A stretch of DNA of 64,000 nt, from contig CAZOMB010000003.1 in the NCBI GenBank assembly GCA_964581105.1, positions 4,421 through 68,420 on the forward strand, read 5' to 3'. Both the position numbers and the translations under genes were made by a program. Numbering within the stretch: the stretch's first letter is position 1; the number at the start of each line of letters is the position of its first letter. The notes beneath the pieces were generated by a model. That model ran no database searches. It was not told the origin of the DNA and saw nothing but the letters and a program-made list of their open reading frames with translations. This document shows positions 35,476 to 46,300 of the stretch, piece by piece. Origin of the DNA: Candidatus Micrarchaeota archaeon. Its GTDB lineage: Archaea; Micrarchaeota; Micrarchaeia; Anstonellales; Anstonellaceae.

Positions 35476-35953
35476 GACTGTGTTTTTGCTTTTGTTGCTT
35501 TTCGGGGTGCTGTTTGCAGACATCGGGCCATCCCCTGAGCCGCCGCAGGTCAGCATCCAGTTAACCGAAGCTGGAAACCCGTACTCAGGCAGCATTTCCA
35601 TAAGTTATGTGTGCAGTGTGCCCAATGAAAATAGTGACACAGGCCCAATGGGCCAGCGAGCGATTGAGCTTTCCTGCAGTAATGGCATTTGCACAAATGA
35701 AGGATGGTTTTACAAGCTCAACCCCTGCTTTTCAGGAAGCCAAGGCTATTTTTCCTATGAATGGAAAGAAGATAACATGAGCACAGATGATTTTGCACTG
35801 CAGTCTTCCAATGAATATGGGTTTGAGCTTGAGCTTTCTGATGCAAGCCTTGCAAGCAGGCCTCCAAAGAAAAAGGAAGCCGGCTTTTGCCTTGCGCCTG
35901 GCCTTCTTGCAATCTTTCTTCTGGGCCTGGTTTTCACAAGAAGCTGGCAATAG
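35468..35953 (+). CDS. Secreted protein with a C-terminal PGF-CTERM-like anchor
   Basis: Signal peptide MAKTVFLLLLLFGVLFA. C-terminus PPKKKEAGFCLAPGLLAIFLLGLVFTRSWQ. Confidence 0.5.
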   Translation: MAKTVFLLLLLFGVLFADIGPSPEPPQVSIQLTEAGNPYSGSISISYVCSVPNENSDTGPMGQRAIELSCSNGICTNEGWFYKLNPCFSGSQGYFSYEWKEDNMSTDDFALQSSNEYGFELELSDASLASRPPKKKEAGFCLAPGLLAIFLLGLVFTRSWQ

Positions 35954-36306
35954 CAAATTTAACAATTGCCTGCCAAGATTTCCTGTTGGATTTTTTATTG
36001 GCCCTTGTGCTGACACTTGCAATTGAGACGGCTTTGCTCTACTTGCTGCTTTGCAAAAAATACCCCACTCTGCTGATTGCCAAAAATGCCGCAATAGCGA
36101 ATCTGATTACTCTTCCCTTTGTCTGGTTTGTGTTTCCAGCACTTTCCCTTTCCTGGGCACTGCATACAGCAGCTGCCGAGCTTTTCGCCTTTTTTACAGA
36201 AGCAGGAGTTTACAGGTTGCTTTTCAAAAAAATCGGGTGGAAGAAGGCAATATTGGCAAGCCTTGCATGCAATCTGCTCTCATTTGTAGCATGGCTGATT
36301 CTTTGA
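35887..36306 (+). CDS. Small polytopic membrane protein; start unresolved
   Basis: A hydrophobic ORF whose first ~22 codons overlap the preceding gene. It has no internal ATG, so it likely starts at a TTG or GTG after 35953. Confidence 0.3.
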   Translation: MPCAWPSCNLSSGPGFHKKLAIANLTIACQDFLLDFLLALVLTLAIETALLYLLLCKKYPTLLIAKNAAIANLITLPFVWFVFPALSLSWALHTAAAELFAFFTEAGVYRLLFKKIGWKKAILASLACNLLSFVAWLIL

Positions 36307-36369
36307 TTGGCATGTTGTTTGGCTCCCCTAATGCAAAAGAAATTAAACCTCACCTGTGAAACTAGGGAT

Positions 36370-36978
36370 ATGAAGACAAGCGTGCTTGTGGTCATTCTCA
36401 TTGCCGTTGCGCTTGCAGTGGCCTTTTTCATATTCTCAAAGCCAGCATACCCCCTCACAGAAGAGGACGCAGTAAAGTTCTTTTTGGAGGATTTGCAGGA
36501 AAAATACCCGTCAGCAGATGTAAGGGAGGTGATTGAGATATCTCCAGTCACAACCTCCAATGGCGAGCCATATTACCAGCTCAAGGCAAGGGTCACAAAC
36601 GGGCTTGCGACCCCATGCCCAGAAAGGATACATGTTTACTATGACTATCCTCCAAAGAACTTTGTTTCCCAGCCGCCAGAATACATAACAAAGGGATGTG
36701 AAGTGTGCATAAATGAGCCAGTCTGCATAATTGCATTTCCAGAAGAGGCAGTGATAGCCTCGCACACCTATATTGGGGCAGAGGCTGTTTCTGATTTTAT
36801 CAAGCAAAACTCTGATGCAGCTGCAGAGCCGGTGTTTGCTGATGAATATGGGGAATATTCAGGGGTTTGGCTTGTAAAGTGGGCCTCTTCCTCAAGCAGC
36901 ATTTCCTATATTGTGGTGCTTTCAAAGTCCCAAAACACTGTTCTTGAGGTAATCCAGGAGCAGGAAACTGAAGCCTAA
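36370..36978 (+). CDS. Membrane-anchored/secreted hypothetical protein
   Basis: AGGGA then ATG. N-terminus MKTSVLVVILIAVALAVAFFIF. Four Cys, and a Ser-rich C-terminal stretch. Confidence 0.5.
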   Translation: MKTSVLVVILIAVALAVAFFIFSKPAYPLTEEDAVKFFLEDLQEKYPSADVREVIEISPVTTSNGEPYYQLKARVTNGLATPCPERIHVYYDYPPKNFVSQPPEYITKGCEVCINEPVCIIAFPEEAVIASHTYIGAEAVSDFIKQNSDAAAEPVFADEYGEYSGVWLVKWASSSSSISYIVVLSKSQNTVLEVIQEQETEA

Positions 36979-38759
36979 TTTTCATAGTAATAGTATTCTC
37001 CTGCTTGTTTTTGCTCCCTGTCAAGCGCTGAGTCAGGCTTGTTTATCCTTGGCCTTTTGCTGTCCTTGTCACGTCTTAAGGTTATTTTTGCATTTTCCAA
37101 AAACCTGTTCATGCTTTGCTTTTTTTCAGCAGGCTTTGTAGCTTTTCCTTTTTTCCCAGGCTCACCTTCAAATATCATCATCCTTGAGGAAACAGCATCC
37201 AAAAGAACAAGGTCATGGTCTATTACAAATGCTGCCTTTTTTGAGCCTGTTATGAGCTTTTGCAGTAAATCAGCAAATTCCAGCCTTTGCTCAATATCAA
37301 GAAATGCTGAAGGCTCGTCAAACAGGTAAATGTCTGCTTCCCTCGAGAGTGAAAGAGCAATTGAAACTCTTTGGAGCTCTCCTCCTGAAAGGTCGGAAAG
37401 TTTGCTTTGCATGAGCTTTCCTATGCCGAGCTTTTCTTTTGCCTTTTCTGAAAAAACAGCATCAAGCCCCTCTTCAGCGAAAAGCTTCCCAACCTCAACA
37501 TTTTTCTCTGCCTTTATGTATTGGGGCTTGTAGGACATTTTTATTGCAAGCTTTTCTTTCATATTGTCAGGCTTTTGAACACCTGCAAGCATTTTCATGA
37601 ATATTGACTTTCCAATTGCATTTTCACCAAGTATTCCAATTACTTCTCCTTCTTTTATTTCGCCTGCCTCTGATGAAAAAGAGAACAGGTCAAATTTCTT
37701 TTCAAAAGCAGGATAAGTTGGCTTGGAAGGGGAAGAAACAGCCCCTGCTGATGAGACTGAAAAGCTTATTGAATGGTTTCTAAAGCGAGTATTTTCATCC
37801 TTCAAAAACCCGTCCAAATACTCGTTTATTCCGCTTCTTGCTGCCTTTACTCCTGAAACAACTCCATAGGCATTGTCCTGTCCATAAAAAACATGGACAT
37901 AGTCAGAAAGATAGTCAAATACAGCCAAATCATGCTCAATTACAATGACTCTTTTTTCTGAAGCAAGCTCTTTTAGTGCCCTTGCGCAGGCAAGCCTCTG
38001 GCTTATGTCCAGGTAAGCTGCCGGCTCGTCAAAGTAGTACAGGTCAGCATCCTTGCAATAAGCAGCTGCAATTGCCAGCCTTTGAAGCTCGCCTCCTGAC
38101 AAATCAGACACATTTTTTTCCATTATGCTCTCAAGGGAAAATGCTTTTACTGCCTTTTGCAGAACTCCTCTTTCATCATTTTTCTCAATGAGCTTTTTCG
38201 CATTTCCCTTGAAAACCTCAGGTATTTTGTATATGTTTTGCGGCTTTAGGGAAACTTTTAGCTTTTTCTCATGCAATGTCCTGAAATAATTCTGAAGCTC
38301 TGGCGAAAGTTTCTCAAGAACCTGCTTTTTTGATAGCTTGGCATCAAAATCAGCAAAATTAGGCTGCAAATGGTTTGCCATAAGCTTTATTGCAGTGCTT
38401 TTACCAATCCCATTCTTTCCAATTAAGCCTACAACTCCTTTTTGGGGCATTGGGAGCCCATAAAGCCTGAAAGCATTTATCCCGTATTGGTAAATCGGCT
38501 CTTCCTTTTCTTCAGGCAAATTGATTATTGTAATGCAGTTTGCTGGGCATTTTTTCGGGCATATGCCGCATCCTGTGCAAAGCTGCTCTGATATTACTGG
38601 GAAGCCTTGCTTGTCAACAACAACAGTGTCCTCGCCCATTCTCACCCCTGGGCAGCATTTCAGGCATGCATAGCCGCACTTTTCCTTTAGGCATAAGTCC
38701 CTGTCTATTATTGCTATCCTTGTTTTTCCCTTGAATTTCATTTCAATCACTAATCCCAT
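36975..38759 (-). CDS. abcE1: ABCE1/RNase L inhibitor (ribosome-recycling ATPase)
   Basis: N-terminal Cys-rich 4Fe-4S region (CGYACLKCCPG..CTGCGICPKKCP) plus two ABC cassettes (GKNGIGKST and LSGGELQR, twice). Confidence 0.9.
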   Translation of the reverse strand: MGLVIEMKFKGKTRIAIIDRDLCLKEKCGYACLKCCPGVRMGEDTVVVDKQGFPVISEQLCTGCGICPKKCPANCITIINLPEEKEEPIYQYGINAFRLYGLPMPQKGVVGLIGKNGIGKSTAIKLMANHLQPNFADFDAKLSKKQVLEKLSPELQNYFRTLHEKKLKVSLKPQNIYKIPEVFKGNAKKLIEKNDERGVLQKAVKAFSLESIMEKNVSDLSGGELQRLAIAAAYCKDADLYYFDEPAAYLDISQRLACARALKELASEKRVIVIEHDLAVFDYLSDYVHVFYGQDNAYGVVSGVKAARSGINEYLDGFLKDENTRFRNHSISFSVSSAGAVSSPSKPTYPAFEKKFDLFSFSSEAGEIKEGEVIGILGENAIGKSIFMKMLAGVQKPDNMKEKLAIKMSYKPQYIKAEKNVEVGKLFAEEGLDAVFSEKAKEKLGIGKLMQSKLSDLSGGELQRVSIALSLSREADIYLFDEPSAFLDIEQRLEFADLLQKLITGSKKAAFVIDHDLVLLDAVSSRMMIFEGEPGKKGKATKPAEKKQSMNRFLENAKITLRRDKDSKRPRINKPDSALDREQKQAGEYYYYEN

Positions 38760-38808
38760 ATTCTCTTATGCTCTTTAATACCTTGTTTGTCGCTATAAGT
38801 AGAACAAT

Positions 38809-39810
38809 ATGTTTAAATACCCTTTCAACCATATCCAAACACGTGCCCTCATAGGCACTGTGTGGGAGGAGACATTTATGGTAATGAGAAGTCTTACAAA
38901 TTTCAAGCAGCCTTTCTTGAAGCAGTTTGTTGACTTAAAAGGAAATGACAGAAAAAACGCCATAAGAGAGATAATTAGGATAAAGAATAGTGTTATTGAT
39001 TTGCCCCCAGATATACTTAAAAAAACTGAAGAAAAGAGGCAGATGGGTTTTACAATTTCTGAGGAAATAAAAGAATTAAAGCCAATTGATGGAGATGGAG
39101 TCCTAGAGCTTAAGGAAGTGATGAATATCCGGGAATTTATGAGGCTTGTGGAACTAATTATAGACAAAGATTCTCCCTATGGTGATGAAAGAAGTGCTAA
39201 TTGGGCGAGTGAAGAAATAGAGAGAAAGATAGAACGTAAGCAAAAGCGCTGCGATCAGACTGCAAAAGAACTAGGTTATGACCACCCATTATCTCTTTCA
39301 CTTAAGGATGTCACTATAGCTATGAGAGCAGCATATGCTAAGACGCTTACAAGTTCGAAAAAGCTTAGCCTACCACAACTCCATTACAAAGCCCTTTCAG
39401 AAAATATAAGTTATAATCACGCAGCACAAAAAAAGAGATTGAATTTCTTGGAAAAGACAATCACAAATTTCCTTCTTCCAGGAGGAACAATACTGATCGC
39501 AGTGGGGGCGGTTGTCACCAAGTACTGGGGAAACTTAGTAGAATGGACCAAATCATTAGTGCCACCACAAAAACAAACCCTGCTAGATCTTATTGAAGTG
39601 GCTAGTAATATTATTGGGCCAGGTCTTGCTTTGGCAGCAACATATTTTAGCCGCAAAGCTATAGCAAACAAGTTTAACAAAAAGAAGCAGGCTGTGGATA
39701 AAAATGAATATGAAGAAAAGCAAAGTCTAGAAGAAGAGAGGCTGGCGATGGTTAAGAGGGAGAAAAACGGAGTAAGAAAGGAGCTAAAAGATGTTTATAG
39801 TTCAAACTAA
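38809..39810 (+). CDS. K/E-rich helical protein with a Gly-rich TM segment, AT-rich island family member 2
   Basis: LLPGGTILIAVGAVVTKYWG and IIGPGLALAATYF, with a coiled-coil K/E tail. AT-rich context. Confidence 0.45.
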   Translation: MFKYPFNHIQTRALIGTVWEETFMVMRSLTNFKQPFLKQFVDLKGNDRKNAIREIIRIKNSVIDLPPDILKKTEEKRQMGFTISEEIKELKPIDGDGVLELKEVMNIREFMRLVELIIDKDSPYGDERSANWASEEIERKIERKQKRCDQTAKELGYDHPLSLSLKDVTIAMRAAYAKTLTSSKKLSLPQLHYKALSENISYNHAAQKKRLNFLEKTITNFLLPGGTILIAVGAVVTKYWGNLVEWTKSLVPPQKQTLLDLIEVASNIIGPGLALAATYFSRKAIANKFNKKKQAVDKNEYEEKQSLEEERLAMVKREKNGVRKELKDVYSSN

Positions 39811-39975
39811 AATCTACTGAAAATTCAACCTAATTTTTGCTTTTATTTCTTTTGGCTTGGGCTTTGCCGAAGCTGGTCCTGTCAGTTGTCCAATGTCGTA
39901 AAATGTACAGATAAAGCTTTATCTTTTTCGGATGTAATATATAGTGCATGACAGTCCGACAGAGGTGCGGAATAT

Positions 39976-40965
39976 GTGGGGATGTACGCAGTTCTGTCCA
40001 AGCCAGGTAAGGGCAATGGCACAGAACTAAAAAACAAAACAGCTTCTTCTCATGCATTAGACAAAAAGCTAAAGTCTGACAAAGAAAAAAAGCTCTTTAC
40101 ACCAAAGAGAAAAAGAAAAGAATTCTCAAAGCAAGACTCAGAACGCGACAAGACAAGCATGTTCAAAAGAAAGCAGCTTGACTTTGAGCTTAATGCCCCA
40201 ATCAGCCTTGAGCAGACAAAAGAAATGGCAATGTACTATTACCTAAAATGGAGGCAAACCAAAGAGCCTGAAAGCAGGGAAATAGACATGAAGCTTAAGT
40301 CATATGCCCCAAGCTATGCAGATAAGATACTAACAATGCTAAGGGACAATGGAAATAGCGGGAAAAAGGCGCGCAGGTTCCTGTTTGACGCAAAAAAGAT
40401 TGCAATGGGCTCTGCAGCAAAAATAGTACACAGGAAAAAGGAGCTTCTTGCAAAGCTTGATGAAATTGAAAGCCAAAAGAAGGGGGCTTTCTTGCAGCTT
40501 GAAAAAGAAAAGAAAAAGAGCCTTGCAGCCACAAAAGAGTTCTACTCACGAAAGGACAAGTTTCTTGATGGGCTCCGCTCAAAGAAATTTGTTACTCTTG
40601 AAAAGTACATGAGAATTGCAGTGCCGCTTGGGGGAGGAATAGCTGCATTTATAGCAGGAGCATCCCCTGAAATTGTAGCAGGTGCAGTTGCGGCTGGCTG
40701 GCTTTTGCTCAAAGGCTTTAAAATAGCAATAATTGACTGGCATCTTGGCATGGTGAAAAACAGGATTCCAAAAAGGGAGGAGAAGAAAATCAGGAAAACA
40801 AATGATAAAATAAGCAAGAAAAAGGACCAAGTTCAGGATGATTACATTTATCAGAAAAAGTGGCATGTGGAAAAGTTTAAAGAGCAAAGAAAAGCAATAC
40901 TTGAAAAGCTTGAAAAAGATTATGCAAAGCTTCTTGACAAGCACAGCTACTGGGCCTTCAACTAA
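39976..40965 (+). CDS. K/E-rich helical protein with a glycine-zipper TM segment, AT-rich island family member 3
   Basis: AVPLGGGIAAFIAGASPEIVAGAVAAGWLLLKGF, highly basic. Confidence 0.45.
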   Translation: MGMYAVLSKPGKGNGTELKNKTASSHALDKKLKSDKEKKLFTPKRKRKEFSKQDSERDKTSMFKRKQLDFELNAPISLEQTKEMAMYYYLKWRQTKEPESREIDMKLKSYAPSYADKILTMLRDNGNSGKKARRFLFDAKKIAMGSAAKIVHRKKELLAKLDEIESQKKGAFLQLEKEKKKSLAATKEFYSRKDKFLDGLRSKKFVTLEKYMRIAVPLGGGIAAFIAGASPEIVAGAVAAGWLLLKGFKIAIIDWHLGMVKNRIPKREEKKIRKTNDKISKKKDQVQDDYIYQKKWHVEKFKEQRKAILEKLEKDYAKLLDKHSYWAFN

Positions 40966-40998
40966 CCCTTAAAAGCATCTGCAAACACTTGTTTTGCC

Positions 40999-42039
40999 AT
41001 GAGAATAGTGAAGCAGAATGCAAAAGAAGGGGAAATAAGACTCACTCCAGAGAATTTGGAGGACTTGTGGCACATTGAAAGGATACTCTCATCAGGCGAC
41101 CAAATAGTTTCAAAGAGCTGGAGGCGCTTTAAAGCAACAGAAACAGATGCAGGAGAGAAAAAGCCAGTCACAATAAGGCTTGAGGCAGAAAAAGTGGAGT
41201 TTGCAAAATATGCAAACAGGCTAAGGGTAACTGGAAAGATAATTGAGGGAACGCCAGTAGAATTTGTTCAAAAAGGCTCTTACCACACAATAGACATTGA
41301 GCCTGGATTTCCTGTTTCAATAATAAAGAAAAAGTGGATGAATCATCAGCTCATGAGAATAAGGCAGGCAGTAAAAGAAACAAAAAGGCCAAAGTTGGGC
41401 ATACTTGTGCTTGATGAAAAAGCAGCGCTTTATGCCACTTTGCGGGGATTTGGAGTACAGTATGAGATTGAGCTTGAAAACAAGGCATCAAAAAAAGACA
41501 AGAATTTTGAGGAAAAGAATACAGCATTTTACAATGAGATAATCAAAAAGCTTGTTTCATCAAAAGTAGGGAGAATAATAGTTGCAGGCCCTGGCTTTGG
41601 AAAAGAAAACCTATTCAAGTTCATAAAACAAAAAGAGCCTGAGCTTGCAAAAAGGATTGTTCTTGAGTACTGCTCATCTGCAGAAAGGACCGGGGTTAAT
41701 GAGCTTTTGAAATCGGGAGCAATCTCAAAGCTTGTTGAAGGCGAAAGAACAGCGCAAGAGCTTGAGCTAATGGAGAAGTTTTCAGCTGAAATTGGGAAAC
41801 AAAGCGGGTTAGCAGCTTATGGGCTTGAGCAAGTGAAAGCAGCTGTAAATTACTCAGCTGTTGGTACTCTAATGGTGCTTGATGAACTGCTTAGGAGCAA
41901 TAAGCAAGTTGAGCAAATTGTGGAGCAAGCAGAAAAAAAGAAAGTAAAGCTTGTCATTTTCTCGCATGAGTCAGATGGGGGAGGGCAGCTAGAGGGCTTT
42001 GGCGGGTTTGCTGCTTTATTGAGATTCAAGATACGGTAA
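40999..42039 (+). CDS. pelA: Pelota/Dom34 (mRNA surveillance factor)
   Basis: MRIVKQNAKEGEIRLTPENLEDLWHIERIL is a Pelota N-terminus, followed by central and eRF1-like C-terminal domains. Confidence 0.9.
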   Translation: MRIVKQNAKEGEIRLTPENLEDLWHIERILSSGDQIVSKSWRRFKATETDAGEKKPVTIRLEAEKVEFAKYANRLRVTGKIIEGTPVEFVQKGSYHTIDIEPGFPVSIIKKKWMNHQLMRIRQAVKETKRPKLGILVLDEKAALYATLRGFGVQYEIELENKASKKDKNFEEKNTAFYNEIIKKLVSSKVGRIIVAGPGFGKENLFKFIKQKEPELAKRIVLEYCSSAERTGVNELLKSGAISKLVEGERTAQELELMEKFSAEIGKQSGLAAYGLEQVKAAVNYSAVGTLMVLDELLRSNKQVEQIVEQAEKKKVKLVIFSHESDGGGQLEGFGGFAALLRFKIR

Positions 42040-42993
42040 TTATTTCACCAAAAGAAGCTGTGCCAACAATGCCTCTACTTGCAGGATTTCATTAGCCCCC
42101 TGCACCAGTCTGAAATTATACTCGCCAATCTTGTCAACTATTGCGACTTTTTCCTTTTCAGTTACATCTAAGGAATCAACTGTCCTGTACATCTGTATAA
42201 GCACATCCTCCCCAGACATTCCATAGCTTATCATGAGGTCATGCAATTTCTTCCTCGCATCAGTGAATTTTTTGTCAAGAGCAAGCTCCATCATCTTTTT
42301 TACTTCTGCTGGCTGTGCCCTGCTTGAGCTTTTGTATATGGAATCAGCGGTTATTTTTTTTGCGTGAAGTGAAGCGCCTTGCAAGGCATTTATTGCTCGT
42401 CTCATGTCGCCTTCTGAGACATAAAGAAGGGCTTCAATTGCCTTTTTGTCAAGCGAAAGCTTTTCGCCTTTTGCAACCCTTTCAATCATTTCTTTAGTTT
42501 CTTCCTCAGCAAGGGGCCTGTAGCGGAACACTGAGCAGCGGCTTTGTATTGGCTCTATTATTTTTGAGGAATAATTGGCAGACAGGATGAAGCGCGTCAC
42601 ATTAACATAAAGCTCCATTGTCCTTCTCAGGGCATTTTGTGCGTCACCAGTCAATGAGTCTGCCTCATCAAGGAAAATAAGCTTGAATGGAACGCTTGCC
42701 AAGGTAACAGTCCTTGCAAAGTCCTTTATCTTTCCCCTCACTACGTCGATGCCTCTTTCATCTGATGCGTTTAATTCGAGTATGCTTTGCCTGTAATTTT
42801 CTCCATACAAGTCACGAGCCAAGGCAAGTGCTGCTGTAGTTTTCCCAATGCCAGGAGGCCCGGCAAAAAGCAAGTTAGGCATGTTCTTTTCCTTTACATA
42901 TGCCTTAAGGATTGAAACAATCTCAGGCTGGCCAACTATCTCAGAAAGGCTTTTTGGCCTGTACTTTTCAGTCCACGGTGTATAATCTACCAT
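42040..42993 (-). CDS. rfcS: Replication factor C small subunit
   Basis: LLFAGPPGIGKTT (Walker A), LDEADSL (Walker B), SRC motif QSRCSVFRY. Confidence 0.9.
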   Translation of the reverse strand: MVDYTPWTEKYRPKSLSEIVGQPEIVSILKAYVKEKNMPNLLFAGPPGIGKTTAALALARDLYGENYRQSILELNASDERGIDVVRGKIKDFARTVTLASVPFKLIFLDEADSLTGDAQNALRRTMELYVNVTRFILSANYSSKIIEPIQSRCSVFRYRPLAEEETKEMIERVAKGEKLSLDKKAIEALLYVSEGDMRRAINALQGASLHAKKITADSIYKSSSRAQPAEVKKMMELALDKKFTDARKKLHDLMISYGMSGEDVLIQMYRTVDSLDVTEKEKVAIVDKIGEYNFRLVQGANEILQVEALLAQLLLVK

Positions 42994-43068
42994 CTCACTC
43001 TCCCGAATGGGTTTAGTTCCAAATGCCTTATATAGTTTCTTCTTTCGTATTTAGCAGGCGTGGTTTAG

Positions 43069-43386
43069 TTGAAAATGGGAGAATTTGGCTCAAGCTTGGC
43101 TGTTTCAGCCCTTGTAGTGGCATTTGTAATGCTCTCAAGCATAGGCCAGGGAATGCCAGTCCTTTTTGCGCTTTCCCTTCTTGCAGTCTCGCAGATTGGC
43201 TTTTTTGCCCTGACAAGCATGCAAGAGCAGAGAAGAGAATATGTTTTCATAATAACAGTGCTTGCATGCTATGCTGTTGCAGCACTTTCAGCAGGCGCAT
43301 TTTCAGCATGGCTGGCACTTGCATTTGTGCCCCTGGTATTCTGCGCTCCTGCTGTCACAGGAATTGTAAAAAATGCATTCTCATAG
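43069..43386 (+). CDS. Small polytopic membrane protein
   Basis: A 105-aa protein with three hydrophobic helices. Confidence 0.4.
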   Translation: MKMGEFGSSLAVSALVVAFVMLSSIGQGMPVLFALSLLAVSQIGFFALTSMQEQRREYVFIITVLACYAVAALSAGAFSAWLALAFVPLVFCAPAVTGIVKNAFS

Positions 43387-43397
43387 GGTGATTTTGC

Positions 43398-46300
43398 TTG
43401 CATGACCAAGTAAAGCTTGAAAAGGAAGTATTAGGCTTTTGGAAAAAGGGGAAGATATACCAAAAGGTAGTTGAGTCAGTAAAAGATGGAAAGCCTTTCT
43501 ACTTTTGTGACGGGCCCCCATATGCAACAGGCCAAATTCACCCCGGCACTGCGTGGAACAAGGCGCTCAAGGACTGTGTTTGCAGGTACAAAAGGGCAAA
43601 AGGCTTTGCAGTCAGGGCACAGCCAGGCTATGACACGCATGGTCTGCCAATAGAGGTAAAGGTTGAAAAAGAGCTAAAAATATCCAACAAGAACCAGATT
43701 GAAAAGCTTGGGGTTGAAAGCTTTGTCCAAAAGTGCAAGGCATTTGCAACCCAGTATATTGGGATAATTTCAGAGCAGTTTGAAAGCTGCGGAGTTTGGA
43801 TGGACTGGAATAACCCTTATGTCACTTACAAGGACAGCTATATTGAGTCATGCTGGAGGACAATTCACGCTGCGCATGAAAAAGGGCTTCTCCACGAAGG
43901 GGTTTATGTTGTTCCCTATTGCTCGCGCTGCGAAACAACGCTTGCAAACTATGAGCTTGAGTATGGGGATGAGCAAGACCCTTCAATTTTTGTGAAATTC
44001 AAATCTTCATCAGGAAAAAACGAATATTTTGTTATCTGGACTACTACTCCATGGACTTTGGTTTCAAATATGGCAATAATGGCACACCCAGTATACACTT
44101 ATGTAAAGGTAAAAGTAGGGGGGGAGACTTGGATATTGGCAAAAGACAGGCTTGATTATTTAATGTCGATTATTGGGGAGTCTGCAACTGTTTTGGGGGA
44201 GCTTTCAGGCAAAAAGCTTGAAAAGCTGAAATACCTGCACCCGCTGCAGAATAAGATAGGAAAAAAATGCGAAAGAAAAGTCATTCTTTCAGATGAATTT
44301 GTCACTTTGGAAGAAGGCACAGGCCTTGTGCACTGTGCCCCTGGCCATGGCATGGCAGACTTTATAATCGGAAAAAGGTTTGGCATAGATGCATTTGCAC
44401 CTGTTGACACAGCAGGGAAGTTCACAAAAGAAGGGGGCACATACCATGGCATGCCAGTAAGGGAAGCATCTGAAAAAATAATACAAGACTTGAAAGAAGC
44501 AGGAGCACTTGTGCACTCAGGCAAGGTATTGCACAGGTATCCTCACTGCTGGCGCTGCAAAACTCCTCTAATATACACTGCAACAAACCAGTGGTTCATT
44601 GCAGTCACAAAGCTAAAAGAAAAAATGCTTGAGCAGATAGACAACTGCGAGTGGCACCCTGAATTTGCAAAAACAAGGTTCAAGGAATTTGTTTCATCTG
44701 CGCCTGACTGGTGCATTTCCCGCCAGCGCTATTGGGGAATCCCGCTGCCAATCTGGAAGGAGCGCCACTCAGGGCATGTGAAAGTAATAGGCAGCGCAAA
44801 AGAGCTTCCAAAGATGCCAGAGCTTCACAGGCCGCATATTGACAAAATAAAGCTCAAGGCAAAGGATGGCAAGACAATGCATCGGATACCTGACATTCTG
44901 GATGTCTGGTTTGACTCAGGAAACGCTGTCTGGGCATCTTTAACAGAAGAAGAGCGCAAAATTTTCCCAAGAACAGACTTTATAGTTGAGGGCAAGGACC
45001 AGATAAGGGGCTGGTTTTATTCGCTTTTAGGCTCAGGGGTGCTTCTTAACAATGAGATACCTTACAAAGCCCTTCTTATGCACGGCTTTTTTGTTGATGA
45101 AAAAGGGGAAAAAATGAGCAAGTCAGTGGGCAATTTCGTCCCTCTTGAGGATGTTACTGGAAAATACGGGGCAGATGCATTCAGGCTTTGGAGCCTTTCA
45201 AATACTGTTTGGGATGACCTTCGCTTCAACTGGGAGGAAATAAAAGAGGCGCACCGTTCCATTGGAACTATTTACAACTTAGGGGTTTTCCTTTCAAGGT
45301 TCTGCCCTCTAGGCAGAAAGCCAGTACTTCCTGCATTGGATGAGCTTGCAACAGAGGACAAATGGCTGTTGTCCCGCCTTTTTGCAACAACCAAGGCATG
45401 CAGTGAGGCCTTTGAAGGCTATCAGCCGCATGTTGCAGCAAAGGCATTGCGTGATTTTCTTGTTGAGGATGTCAGCAGATTTTACATGAAGCTTGCAAAG
45501 CAGAGAATAGATGAAAAGAAAGGCACATGCCCTGCAATGGCTGTGCTTTACAAGGCAGTTCTTGACTCTCTTTGCATGCTAACCCCTGTTGCGCCTTTCA
45601 TATCAGAAAGCATTTACCAGTCGTTTTACAGGAAAAAGGAGCACAAAGAGTCAATAAGCCTGCTTGCCTGGCCTGAGGCAGAAAAAGCCCATTATGACGC
45701 GCTTTTGGAAAGGCGCTTTGAAATAGCAAGGGAAATTGCAACTGCCTGCGCAAGCTGCAGGCAAAAGGCCCAAATACCCCTTCGCTGGCCCCTTGAGAAA
45801 GTAAGGGTGGTATCAGAGTCAACTGAAGTGCTCTCAGCTGTTGAGCATTTGTCAGCCCTTGTTGAATCCCTGTCAAATGTAAAGTCAGTGAAAATAACAA
45901 AGCAGCCAAAAAGCACAATAACAGTATCAGTGAACAAATCAAAGGTCGGGGCTGCGTTCAAAAAGGAATCACAAGAAGCCATTTTGGCAATTGAAAGGCA
46001 AGGCCCTGGTGCAATAGAAAAATGGATTTCTTCTGATGAAAAAGAATTTCTTGCTGAAGGAAAGTTTAAAATCCAAAAGGACATGGTAGAGGTTTCTGAG
46101 ACGGCAAAAGGCTATGAGATTGCCAGGTTTGACGGGGGCAAGGTTTACCTGAAAACAGAGATAAAAAAGCCGCTTTATGAGGAAGCAATGGTGCGCGAGG
46201 TTGCAAGAAGGGTGCAAATAATGCGCAAGGAGAAAAAACTTGTTGAGTCAGACAAAATCTCGCTTGGCATAGAAACATCGGACAAAAAGCTTTCTCCAAT

